From the NCBI RefSeq assembly GCF_000400465.1, contig NW_008806282.1, positions 144,001-268,000 on the forward strand: DNA of 124,000 bases. Direction: 5' to 3'. The stretch comes from Wallemia ichthyophaga EXF-994. Its lineage: Eukaryota; Fungi; Basidiomycota. The translations under genes and the position numbers were made by a program. Shown piece by piece: positions 38,750 through 50,963 of this stretch. Below the pieces are notes generated by a model. That model saw only the letters and a list, made by a program, of their open reading frames with translations. It had not been told where the DNA came from and made no database searches. Each line of letters opens with the position of its first letter. Within the stretch, counting starts at the first letter, position 1.

Positions 38750-41700
38750 ATGACCGCGAGTGGTGGCCACCCAACCAAAATCAAATTATCAACGAGATCG
38801 CTGCGATCTCAGCAGCCCCAAGAGATGGAGCTTACAGATACAGCCACCGATACCCACGATCATCTCCCGGCAGCCACTGATCCCGATCTCGACGAGCCAC
38901 ACACGTATCACCAAGATGCTTATCAAGAAGATGACCAAATCCAGCAGCAGGCGCAGGCACAGCTCGAGCCACAGAATGTCTCTGGATCTGAATTTGGTGA
39001 TGAGGATATTCCTGAGCCAGAGCAGTCTGATTACGACGACGATCTCACTCCTCCTCCAAAGCGCGCTGGTAGAACTTCCACTCGACGTGCACCGCCTAAG
39101 AAACGCGCTGTCGAGGAAGAATACCAAGACGACGGCAGTGAATATGAAAGTGATGAATACAATGGTGTGTTTCCCCTTTCACCATTTTCCATTTCTCACT
39201 TTATTCAGCTAGAAGAAGCCGTCCAACACGCGGTCGCCCCTCCACCCGTAGCCGAGTCCACCATTTCGTTCAATTCGACGGCGGCGATGGTGACGACGAG
39301 GAGTTTTCTCTGCGTGGCAATCGTCGTCGTTTGCGAAATGCTGGCGACGATCCACCTGAGCCTGTCACTCGCTCAAGCAGACAGTCACGATCTGTGGTGC
39401 CCTATTTCCCTCCAAAAGAAGTCATACAGGAGCGCCACGAAAAGCTTGCCAATGAGCGTGCCGATAGAGCTGAAAGAAGGAGGACTATCATGTATACGGA
39501 TGACGAAGACGACGACTCCCCAGAACGTCGCAACTACTCTCTTAGAACAAGACGTGAGCGTCCCAATTACGTTCTTCCTCCTCCTGTCCTTGATGTCAGA
39601 GAGCGTCCTGAAAAGATTGGCCGCTTGCCTTCCTTCACTGCTCTTCAACACCCCAGTATCGACTTGGTGCCTTGGAACCGTCGTGGTGGTCTTGATGACT
39701 CCGACACCGTGAGTATTTCTTACCTATTACACTCAATACTCACCTCCCATAAGGACGATGACCTTTCGCCCAGAAAACGCCCTCAACCTGCACCTGCAAA
39801 TCTGGCCGGTGGCGGTGGTGGGCTACTAGCGCCAGGAGAAGGCATGGGAATGGACAATTTAGGCACAGGTGGTCCTAGCAACCTGGGTAAGATCGGTGAT
39901 GCAGCATTCGCCGATACAGATCCACTCGGTGTGAATACAAAGATCTCATTCGAGTCTATTGGTGGTCTAGATGAGCGTGAGTAGCAGGTGTACTTTCTAA
40001 TAAGCATCTCTGACACCCTCAAGATATCCGACAACTCAAGGAAATGGTTTCTCTCCCACTCCTATATCCCGAAGTTTTTCAACGTTTCAGCATCACTCCT
40101 CCACGAGGTGTCCTCTTCCACGGTCCACCCGGCACTGGTAAAACGCTGATAGCTCGCGCTCTTGCAGCAAGCTGCTCGAGCGAGAATCAAAAAATATCTT
40201 TCTTCATGCGCAAAGGTGCAGACTGTCTGAGCAAATGGATTGGAGAAGCTGAACGTCAACTGCGACTATTATTCGATGAGGCCAAGGCATGTCAACCGTC
40301 TATCATCTTTTTTGATGAAATAGATGGTCTTGCGCCGGTGCGTTCTTCGAAACAAGAGCAGATCCATGCATCTATCGTGTCAACCCTCCTCGCTTTGATG
40401 GACGGCATGGATGGACGTGGGCAGGTTATTGTTATCGGCGCTACCAATCGCCCTGATGCTGTTGATCCTGCTCTTCGCCGTCCGGGCAGATTCGATCGAG
40501 AGTTCTACTTCCCTCTGCCAAATGAGAAGGCGCGGAGTAAAATAATAGAAATCAACACCAAAGATTGGAATCCTCCTCTCGAGCCTCAATTTCTAGATAA
40601 GCTTGCAAATCTCACTAAGGGCTACGGGGGTGCTGATATTCGCGCTCTCTGTACTGAGGCTGCACTAAACGCTGTTCAGCGTAGGTATCCGCAAATCTAC
40701 AAGACGAACGACAGACTGCTTCTCGACCCGAAAAGCATAAACGTACAAGCCAAAGACTTCATGAGGTCTATCAATAGTAGGTGTGATGAAATGAATAGCG
40801 TGGTTTACTAACACGATTTTAGAGCTAACACCGTCGTCTGCGCGCTCAAGTGCCACGTCGGCAGCACCCCTCCCCCACCATCTTACACCCTTGCTTGGTG
40901 GTGCACTAGATGAATCGAAGAAGGTAGTCGACAAAGTGATTCCACGCACTGAAGAGAAGAGCGTAATCGAAGAAGCCGAATATGAAGATGACGTTGGTGA
41001 AGATGGTGGCTTCTCACTTGAGGTGATGCGCCAAAACATGAACTCGATGCGCACATTCCGTCCAAGGATGATGGTTTATGGAGAAGAAGGTATGGGACAG
41101 GCCTTCATAGGTCCTGCACTTCTGCATTATTTGGAAGGGTACAACGTACAATCGCTAGATCTGGCTACACTGCTCAGCGATTCGACGCGCACTGTCGAAG
41201 CCGCATGTGTACAGCTAATACTCGAAGCGAAACGTACAAAACCATCCATTATATACATACCAGCGTTACATGAATGGTGCAATGTTATTTCAGAAGCGGC
41301 AAGAGCAACTGTAACAGCACTCCTCAATACTATATCCCCATCAGATCCTATACTTGTTCTCGCAATGCTAAACAATAGTCCTGATGAGCTGCCACGAGAT
41401 GTAAAAAGATGGTTCGGTTTTGGCAGAGACTCTAAAGTCGCTTTGAATGGTTTCTCAGAGGAGCAAATTACAGAGTATCTGATGGAATTGATCAATATGA
41501 TCAAACTTAAACCATCTCAATTTCCAGATACGGGAAGGCGTAAAAAACGTAAATTGGAAATACTTCCAGTAGCGCCCCCGATGAAACCACGCGAGCCTAC
41601 TGACAGAGAGCTGAATGCGCTGCTCGAAAATGATGCTAGAATTCGTGAGCATCTTAAATGGAGATTAGGTGCTGTGCTCGAGCAGCTCAAGAAGAAGTTT

Positions 41701-43357
41701 AGGAGATTTATGAAATCTTTCGCTGACGAAATTGCTATGGTTCTTCCATTACCCGTCAACACTCACAACAACGGCTCAGTCAATGCGCTCGCTCGATCGG
41801 ATTTGATGGCGGATAATGATAATCAGCAGCCACAGACTCAGCATGACAGTGAGGCCAAGGAGCAGGACGAGGATGAGGAGGAGCACGCGAAGGAGCAGCC
41901 GAATGACCAAGACAAAGACACACAAGTACAGCCAATGACCAACGGTGTTGTTGATGGAGATGTGCTAGAGTATGACAAGGTATCTGATGAAGCGGGTGCC
42001 GACGAGGTTAAGAAAGATACTGATCATGTTCAAACCGGAGATCAGCAAATGGAGCAGACAGAAGAACCTGTTGAAGGAAGTCCCGAAAAAGAAGATGAAG
42101 AGAATGATGACGCCATAGATGAAGAGATGGCTGACTTTATCCAACCGCCACAAGCTGCTAACAAAGAGATTTCCAAAGACAGCGAAGATGACGAGCCGAT
42201 CATTGAGGATAAGAACGATGACGACTTTGAGCCAGATGAAGAGGAGGAAGAAGCCCCACAAGAACCCGATCTTCAACCAGTCCCACCAAAGCCTGAGGCA
42301 AATCTACAGGAAAACATGGAAAAATCATTAGATGAAGAATTAATGGAATTATCGACAATTCAGCCTGGAGAGGATCACAGGACGCGTCTGATGATTTACG
42401 ATATTGATCTTGAAAAGATTCATTTCAATGTATACAAAGACAACTATGTGAATCCAGCGCAATTCGTCGATGATGTCGCTAAGATTGTCCATAATGCTGA
42501 ACTTGATCCTAGTGATCAGGACAGGTTGTGGAAAGCACAGCAACTCCTCACGCATGCAAGAGTATTGGTTGATCAGGCTTTCGATGGCCCATTTAGAATA
42601 GAGTGTCAGCGTATGGCCGACAGAGAAACTAAGAGGATTGCAGAATACAAAGAGAAGAGGAAGAGAGAAAAGGAGGCATCTAAGAATGTGTCGGAAGAAA
42701 ATGAGGCGGGTGCAGCTGACGGGGAACAACAAGAGCAACCAGAACAGCAACCAGAACAGCAACCAGAACAGCAAACACGATCAGAGGAGCAAGACCAGTA
42801 TCAGCCGCAGCAAGACGGAATTGCAGCTGCAGCTCCTGAACAAAATGACCAGGCTGAACAATCCGAACAATCCGAAAATGGCACATCTCTCAAACGTCCC
42901 CGTGAAGGTGAAGGTGATGGTGATGGTGAGAACGGAGGAGATGGACCTGAGACTAAGAAGGCCAAAGGAGATGTAGAGATGACTGAGAGTGTGGGTGTGT
43001 TGATAACAGAGCTAATTTAAGCTAAAAGGAATATTACAGAGTCAACCAATTGATACTAGTCAAAAAGAAGAAGAGCTTCAAGAAGCTCCAAAGGAAGCCT
43101 CACAAGCTCCAAAGTCTCCAACGCCCGAATCGGAACCTGAACCTGAACCTGAATTCTTAGTCGACGAGAGTCAATTGACTCAGTTACTCAATGAGGCTGT
43201 GGCGTTGGTGAAAGATTTCAACGCTGACGAGCTCGAGCAGACGAGAGCTAACATTTCTAGCGTGATATGGCAACATCGCGAAGAATGGAACCGACAAAGC
43301 ACGATTGAAGCTGTGAGATCTGCTTTGCACAGCTGCAAATATGATGTAGACATGTAA
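38750..43357 (+). CDS. YTA7: Yta7/ATAD2 AAA+ ATPase with bromodomain-like region
   Basis: PPRGVLFHGPPGTGKT, FFMRKGADCLSKWIGEAERQLRLLF, FFDEIDGLAPVRSSKQEQIHASIVSTLLALMDGMD, second degenerate AAA, bromodomain-like DIDLEKI...FVDDV.KIVHNA. Confidence 0.95.
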
Positions 43358-43418
43358 TATAAGATGAAAAGAAAAGAGTTGATGCATTGATTTAATTTAA
43401 GTTGCTAAAGCACATGGA

Positions 43419-43911
43419 CTATCCTGGTATATTTCTTCTTGGCGGTAACGGAGGTGCACTGCGGCGCAAGTGATGAGTGTGATGAGTTCGAGGAGGCAGT
43501 GGAGGGGCGTAGGCGGGAGTTCGCACTGCTGGCTCATAAGCAGGAGTACGAATTGGTGGACTATAAAGTGGTGGGGGATTTGCTTCGTTTCGCTTCCTCA
43601 CCAGGTCTCTGAGTAGATCCTCACCAGCCTGTCTTCTCAATTTGTCCCTATTCAGTCGCTCTTCTAGTGACAAACAGTCGCGAGCATCCTTCTCCCAGCT
43701 TTCGCGCAGCGCTATATTGAACGCCAGCTCGGGATCAGCGCTAGGAGGGTGATCTGCGCCTTCATTAGATTCAGGCTGTTGGATTTGCCGCCTATTTCTA
43801 GCTGTAGATTATCGTGAGGTTTATAAAATACTACCAGCAATTATACTCACGTTTACGCTGCTTTTGTGCTACCAACATTTGCCGATTAGGATCTGGCATC
43901 CTGATCGTCAT
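43419..43911 (-). CDS. Small hypothetical protein, Pro-rich C-terminus
   Basis: Read by eye across an intron: ...ADPELAFNIALRESWEKDARDCLSLEERLNRDK...PPLPPRR; start uncertain. Confidence 0.45.
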
Positions 43912-43987
43912 TTCACAAACTTGATAAGCCGGATTAATGCAATATTTCTATAGTAGTACACGTCTATTTGATCACATTAGATCACTT

Positions 43988-44968
43988 TTAGAAGTAAGGC
44001 GTCTCGTAGACCTTGTCGCGCATCTTCCAGTCTCCGTTGCGCATCCACAATGGCTTTTCGAACATGACGTAGTCTAAAACGTTGTGCTCTGGGTGGTTTG
44101 GGCCGAGTGACTGTGTGGCTTGTTAGAATTGATTCCTATCAGTGCTCAACTCATACCTGTACTGTATTGAACTTGACGACCACCTGACAAATACGCTTCT
44201 CGGCGGACTCTGGCAGCATTGGCATGACATTTGTAGTTCTCACAGAGAGCACGCTTGGTGGCTCTATCACTCTGACCACCTTCCAATCATATTTTGTGTC
44301 ACGATCCAATTTCACTGTCTTGGCTTGTGAGTCTGAAGCTTCCTTGAGCGCGTGTGTGGATAGTTTGTTGATTGATTTAAAGTCGCCGCTGTTTGAGTGT
44401 TAAGTGGGGGTTGAATTACCAGCACTTTGCACACCCGCTTACCTCGCTATTGCCTTCTGGAGCGCTGTATACTTTTCATAAGCCACAGTGCTGGCCCAGT
44501 GCGTAGATGCTTTGCGCCTTTCCATCCACTTCAGCCCAGGCACGCCTTCCTTCTCAGTCTTCCATTCACCTTTCTCGAACAGCTTCATGCGGCTGTGGGA
44601 GTTTCTTTAGCTTATTCTGTATGCACCAAAGCAACCCACTGATGATAATCCTGCAGGCTTGTGTACAGATTCCATTGAAGCCACTTAAAGAACTCCATCG
44701 GTTTGAATCCCCTTGAAATGAGAGCAGAGGGGCTTAAATCGCTCGCTTTCAAACCCAAAAAAGACCTCGATGGCTTAACGTATGGGCTCAGTTTACCGAA
44801 ATTCATCTCTTCTAATCCAACTCGAACCTCTGCTTCTCCAGTCGCACCTTTGGCGACGGCAGCTCTTTCAGCAGCAGCCTTGATTTTCCTCAGAGCTTCT
44901 GCATCAGGTTCGTTGACGAATGTCTTCCTGGAGCTGCTCGCGAATTGTCTTGCTAGTGTTGGTCTCAT
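43988..44968 (-). CDS. Mitochondrial Tim44-like-domain protein (Mba1/mL45-like)
   Basis: Basic presequence MRPTLARQFASSSRK. Manually spliced exons give KYDWKVVRVIEPPSVLSVR...ICQVVVKFNTVQ...VLDYVMFEKPLWMRNGDWKMRDKVYE. Confidence 0.65.
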
Positions 44969-45027
44969 TGGCGGTGTGATGGTGATACAAGCGAGCAAGA
45001 CAAAATGTTTGATTTCGATTACAAAAT

Positions 45028-46480
45028 TTACAAAGGCTCAGGACCGTCAATTACAGCCTTGATGAGACTCTTCCCGTCTTTGCCTTTACCCGCCTTTGTT
45101 GAGTCGAAAGCGCTGAGTGCATCGTTGTACGCGAACGAGTGCGTGTGCAGCTCCTTGAGATTGATCTTGCCTTGACTGACGAGATCGATGGCGAGATCAT
45201 AAGCGCCTGGTCCATATCTGAACGATGTCCTGTACTGGATTTCCTTGGACATCATAGCTCCAACTGGTATTTGAATATCTGGTCTACCCATGCCCACTTG
45301 TACGAATTTGCCTGCAGGTTTCAAGAAATGCAGTCCCATTGTAATACATGGTTGCGCTCCACTAGCCTCCAACACCAAGTCTATTCCATTGCCTCCCCTC
45401 GCTTCAACACCAAGCGATTTATGAAGATTTGCAACCACCCTTGACATGTACTCGTCCTGCGACTCTGTTTCACTCTTTGCAGGTGGCTGAAAAGAGTCAG
45501 TTTGCGCGTATTGCTTCGCGAATGCTAATCTCTCCTGGTTGATATCTACTGCAATAATACGTCTTGCGCCGAGGCTGTAAGTGGATCAAGTGAGCGGGGT
45601 GTATGTTGCCAAGCACATCAGCACTCACGCTTTGGCCGTAGCAATCAACAGCAATCCAACAGGACCGCAACCAAACACGATAACATTCTAAAAACACGAT
45701 GTAAGTGAGTCGTGAGGTGAGCATTTAGCTGAGCACTTACGTCATTTACTTTAATTTCACCGATTTTGGCAGCAGCGTGTACTGCAACGCTAAGTGGCTC
45801 CATCTGGGTTAAAAATTGCATGAGACATTGACTTTCAATGGTATTCAAGACTTCAACTCACCATAGCACCCTCTTCAAGAGATAGTGTGTCAGAAATAGG
45901 GTGGACGAAATCAGCTGGGAGCTTGAAGTAGCGGCAGAGAGTACCTCCTTCGAAGGGTGGTGTAGCGGCGAATGTCATGAATTCACATAATTCATAACGA
46001 CCGCTCTTACAATCGACACAAACACCGCAGCCGAAGCCAGGCTCCATAGCCACGCGCTGACCCGGCTTCACCTTGACTTTGTCATCTGTGCCGACCTTGA
46101 CGACGATCTGCAGGAAAGGGGAAAGGACAAGTCAGACGATATGATCACTTGAATAACATGCTCCCGCACCCCTGATGATTCATGGCCCAAGCACATGCCA
46201 TTTGGACACAAACTGACTGCAAATGAGCCTATAGCGCCGTGTTGCCAGTAGTGAACGTCCGAGCCGCACACACCCGTTTTCTTAACCTAAAAGGTACACT
46301 TAGCAAATGGAAGGACAGTCATCACTATAAAGTACTTACCTCCACCAACACATCTTGCGGACCAACCTCAGGAATTGGTCTTTCTTCATACGTGACGGAT
46401 AGCCCATCACTCTTCTTGCGGAGAATGAAGCTTGGATTTTGCATTTTGTTCGCAATGGACGAATTCTCGACTATGGACAT
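45028..46480 (-). CDS. Xylitol/sorbitol dehydrogenase (Zn-dependent MDR)
   Basis: [72 protein letters not shown]; many introns. Confidence 0.93.
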
Positions 46481-46906
46481 TGTTTTGTTTAGCTAGAGGA
46501 GTGGTCTCCGACAACCCCGCGTTTAAATCTGCGATTTCATACTTAGATTTATGACGTAGCATACGCCGGAGCTATTCCATTTGAACGTGTCGCATGGAAT
46601 CAGGATAATTAGCTCCTATTAAGTTATTAATACAGTCTGTGGCTGCTCTAAGCTTGTTATTGACATAACACCGGAATATCCGAACGAAGAGCAGCAATTT
46701 CGCACCAAGGCGGGTCTTTGCGTTTACAATTAGCATTTATAGAGTCAGAAATCACATCGCATTCAATTTAATGTGCAATTCATGACTTTATCGAACATAA
46801 TTCCCCAAATTTTACCTTGCATTACTAACTAGCATGACAAATCTATGAAATGACAAAAAAAGAAGACAACATTTTACTAAACGTGAATTCATGACAATTA
46901 TTGTAA

Positions 46907-48882
46907 TCAAGTTATGACATCCATAGCCTTATCGAGTGCGAACTTGCATACGGCAAGGAGCTCGTTAACGTCTTCCAAACCAATTGAGCATCTAATGAGA
47001 TTCCTATCGACACCATACGACTCGATCCAATCGAGCTCCGTGTAGTGAGCGAGGATGGCATAGCAGCTTGCAAGGGTAAAGTTGCAGCCTAAAGAAGGAC
47101 CAGCCGCGAGGTTAAGATTGTCAAAGAACACACGTGCAATTTCTCCATTCCTTTCTTGTGTATTTTTCGAACTACCAAAGGTCAGACTAAATAAACCACC
47201 ATAACCACCGCCTTCTCTCTTCCTAGCGGTGTAATTGTCTTTAGTAGAGTATTTAGGATAGAATACCTCCTTGATAACGCCATTTCCGCGGCCATTGGTT
47301 TCTGACATCATGTAAAAGTAGTCACAGATAGCTTCTGTCGTCTCGTTTACCTTCTTGATACGACTGCAAAAGTCTCGTGAGTTGCGTTCCATGAATATCG
47401 CATCTTCAAACCAGTAGCTGTCTTCGTAAGTATCGACTACATAATCGCGAATATCCTCGTAGTGCCTGCCTTCGGGATTCAATATTATGCTTCCGCCCAT
47501 GACGTTCGTTTCGCCCGAGAATGCCTTTGTGAGTGATGAGACAACGACGTCAGCCATAGGGAGGATATCGATGTTCATGAAACTACCAATGGTCTCATCA
47601 ACAACTATAAGGAAGTTGTACTTGTCGGCCAATTCGCGAAGACGGGCCAAGTTAGGTGATTTGAGGAGGGGGTTACCTGGGAATTCGCAGAACACAGCAA
47701 GAAGCTGCTCCTTGCTTGCAATATCTTCCAGCATGGCTAAATCAGCATCATCACCTCTACCTAGGAAGTGAGCGCCTGGACCCCACTTCTGCAACACCTT
47801 GAGCGTATCGGTGTAGGGGAAACTGTCAGACTATTAGAATATGCTGAAGGGGTAGCAAACCAACTCACCCAAAGCAAACGCTCTTTCCAACGCCTTCGCC
47901 TCTCCATTTCATAGCAGCCTGGTGGGTCAACCAGATAGCAGCCATGCCGGTCGGGGTCAACCAGACATCATCCTCAGTGAGACCAACACCACGTTCACTT
48001 TCAATCGTTGGTCCAACAGCCGCGTCGACATGTGGGTCAATAACAACCCCCGCAATGCGTCTCTTCAATGCTCGTTTTGCGAGTGGAGCTGATGCCAATG
48101 GCAGGTTTCTTCCGTATCTCTCCTCGACATAGACAGCATGATCCTTATCGAATATGTCCTCATTGTTATCCTCATTCGCCTGCTTAATGGCAGAGCTAGA
48201 TAATATTCCACTAGCTACATCAGTACCGCCTGGAGTTGGAGGTTGGCTAGTCTGTAAAAATTTTGATTTGCTATTGTAAAAACGATTGCGACTACCGCTT
48301 CTACTGAACAGAGGAGGATTATGAAGAGGAGTGCTAGCGACAGAAGACTTTGGGCTGAGTTTCTCAGACATGTCCAGACAGTCTAAAGCGCGTTCAGCAA
48401 GTCTAGAGCTAACGCCTAAACCCGTATGTTGCCAGAACTGTTTGGCAATGCCCCAATGATCCTTATCGAATATAACAGCGTGTATCTCTATGCAAGGGAT
48501 CGCAGGGTTTGGGGATGGGTCGCAGACTGTGAGTTGGGCGAGACGGGCGTTTGTAGCAGTTGGTATAATGAAATCACGGCATTTTTCTGCGATTCTGTGT
48601 GTGGGGAATAGCATGCAGTTCTCCTTATCGAGATTGCCGAACTTTTTGAGAATCACAGCCGATAGCGCTTGTATTTTGCGATGTATAAAGAATCTAAGGG
48701 GCGGTAAGGTTAGCAGTGGGAACCTCAAGCAGCCACGAAACTAACCTCGGATACCCCGTCACCATGGCGTCAACAACTCGTGGTGCTCCTTCTTCGTAAT
48801 CCGTGTGGTCTTTCCATGTGGGAAGACTAACGCTGATTGCGTGCTCTACCGGTGGAAGTGCACTGCCTAAAGCTGCACTCAT
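46907..48882 (-). CDS. STR2: Cystathionine gamma-synthase
   Basis: HAISVSLPTW..YEEG..VTGYPR, CEFPGNPLLKSP, VVDETIG, SSLTKAFSG (PLP lysine), GPSLGCNFTLA. Confidence 0.93.
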
Positions 48883-48908
48883 GGTTGTATGTGATGAAGC
48901 CAGGCGGA

Positions 48909-48915
48909 TGAGTCA
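48909..48915. promoter_or_regulatory. Gcn4/AP-1-type site TGAGTCA upstream of STR2
   Basis: ATGAGTCA about 27 bp upstream of the STR2 ATG. Confidence 0.35.
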
Positions 48916-49123
48916 CAATCGGTGGAGGCGTTTGAGAAGAGTACGTGGAGTTGCGTGTATCCAGTTGTGTACATTAACAGTGGCGCAATTGCGTGTATCC
49001 AGTTGTATAGATAGGAAACTCAATTTGCTTATCAGTGCCACAGCATGTGATCACAAGCAGCGCTTCTTTAGGCGATCGGCTGTTGAACAGAGAAGACACG
49101 AAATTGACGCAAAAGTGAGCGAA

Positions 49124-49151
49124 AATGAGCACAAATGAGCACAAATGAGCA
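49124..49151 (+). repeat. 10-bp tandem repeat (AAATGAGCAC) about 3 copies
   Basis: aaatgagcacaaatgagcacaaatgagca in the STR2 promoter / RPL24 3' region. Confidence 0.7.
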
Positions 49152-49253
49152 ATAACCACTATAAAACACAATTAACACCTCAAACCATCAACATAGGCAA
49201 GCCGTTCAACTTATGCATATTTTCTGGTACGATTACTTTACTACAGCCAAAAA

Positions 49254-49734
49254 TTACTTGCCCTTGTTTGGACCAGCTCCCTTGGTAGCACCTGGGCCAG
49301 CGGCGACTGGAGCGTGAGCCTTGGTAGCGTTGGCTCTGGCAGCCTTAGACTCCTTAGCTTGCTTGATGGCCTCTTGACGAGCAGCAGTACGGACTTCTGG
49401 CTTCTGGGTTCTCTTGGCTTGGATAGCTTCGAGGTCGAGACCGACGATACCACGGGAAGTCTTTGCGGACTTCTTGCCCTTCTTCTTGTGAACTTCCTCG
49501 GTAACACCCTTCTTGTGGAGCTTACGGCAGAAAGCGGTCCAGGCGATCTTTCTTGGGTTCTTACGTTGGAGGAAGAGTGACTCGCACTTTCCGTTGGCGA
49601 ATCTGAAGACCTGTGGAGGGTTAGGGGCGGCCAAACACCACAAGACCACTCACTCTGTTGTCGAGTCTGACGTAAAGACGACCCTTGGCTGGGTAAATCT
49701 TTTGGCCTGAGAATGAGCAAAGTTCGACCTTCAT
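49254..49734 (-). CDS. RPL24: 60S ribosomal protein eL24
   Basis: [27 protein letters not shown] | [35 protein letters not shown]; one intron. Confidence 0.97.
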
Positions 49735-50330
49735 GCTGCTGCCTGTGGGGTTGGGTGTTAGTGGCAGTGTCGTTGGATGGCTGAAGAATGTGCCTATGAG
49801 GGACTTTGGAGCGAAAGAGGAGCAAATCATCTGAAAAGCATTTAAGTGGGATTATACGCTCCAGAAATGCATATTCCCTCTGGCGTACACTTCCTCGCTG
49901 TCCACCTTGGCAACTCAAGAAATCTTCAAATTTGGGCGACAAGACCTGCAAAATTCCAGATAACCCGTCGACAGCTCCAGCAAGCACACCTCATCCCACA
50001 AGGCAACATCCCAGCTATTTTACAACCTCACCTTATTGGTTTCCGCAAAGGCACAAGTGAAATTCTCAGCGCCATCATCTCGCGAATTAAAAATTGATAA
50101 ATGTCGTTGGATCGAGGAAATTAAATGTGCGTTGTGGTTCTGTGGCTTTTGTTGATGCTGCCTGTATAAGCATCTCTGTACGTGTGTGGATTGTGTAGTG
50201 TGGTGATATAGCGATATGTGCAGCGATGGGCGTGGTGCGTGGGCGTGGTTAGTAGGGAGACAGCGGGAGCTTTAAATATCAACCGCATCTCGTCTCTCTT
50301 CATTTTCCAATTGTTTATCTCTTCGCAACG

Positions 50331-50963
50331 ATGATCACCACGGATAGATTGTCAGTAATTGCAACGTCTACGCTATCGAAGCTGCTCGAGCGGGAGAAGA
50401 TACGCGAGCTGGGACTCAAATACGGCGACGACGAGCTAGAGGCCAATATCGACACTCTAAGCCAAGGCTACGACGTCCTGGCAGACGATGAGTCCGACGC
50501 CGCGCTCAAGTTCAAACACCAATACCTAAATCTGCTAGATATCCTTGGCAGGGAGAAGCCGTCGCCGAAGCCATCTTCGGCAAAGGATTTGCCATCGACT
50601 CATCTCCCTAAAACGCAGAGTGCCCAGCAGACACCAGCTACGCGAACAACAAACGAACAGCAGCAAGAACAGCTGTTCAACTACGACGATCTCATGGACC
50701 AGCAGGATACCCATCTCGACAACCTCTCGCACTCTCTCAGCAACCAACACCAATTGAGCAGCACTATGACAAATGAACTCGGTCAGCATAACGAGCTGCT
50801 CCAGGATCTGGAAATAGGTTTGGATGATACGCAGCTTCGATTAGGTAAGAGCAGTACCCTCCTCAACAGGCTCAACACCAAATTCAAGTCAAATACATCG
50901 ACATATTGCATTACAATCATTATCCTCGTACTTATTCTGTTGATTTTAATATTCAAAGTGTAG
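50331..50963 (+). CDS. SYN8: Qc-SNARE, syntaxin-8/Syn8-like
   Basis: SNARE motif LMDQQDTHLDNLSHSLSNQHQLSSTMTNELGQHNELLQDL plus C-terminal TM (YCITIIILVLILLILIF). Confidence 0.8.
   Translation: MITTDRLSVIATSTLSKLLEREKIRELGLKYGDDELEANIDTLSQGYDVLADDESDAALKFKHQYLNLLDILGREKPSPKPSSAKDLPSTHLPKTQSAQQTPATRTTNEQQQEQLFNYDDLMDQQDTHLDNLSHSLSNQHQLSSTMTNELGQHNELLQDLEIGLDDTQLRLGKSSTLLNRLNTKFKSNTSTYCITIIILVLILLILIFKV

Noticed and set aside
49124-49151. Short tandem repeats (10-11-bp units here and at 113214; coding repeats at about 23733, 42733, 110560, 118490) considered as a CRISPR-like array
   Set aside because: Only 2-3 adjacent copies, no spacers and no cas genes; eukaryotic context. These are ordinary micro/minisatellites.
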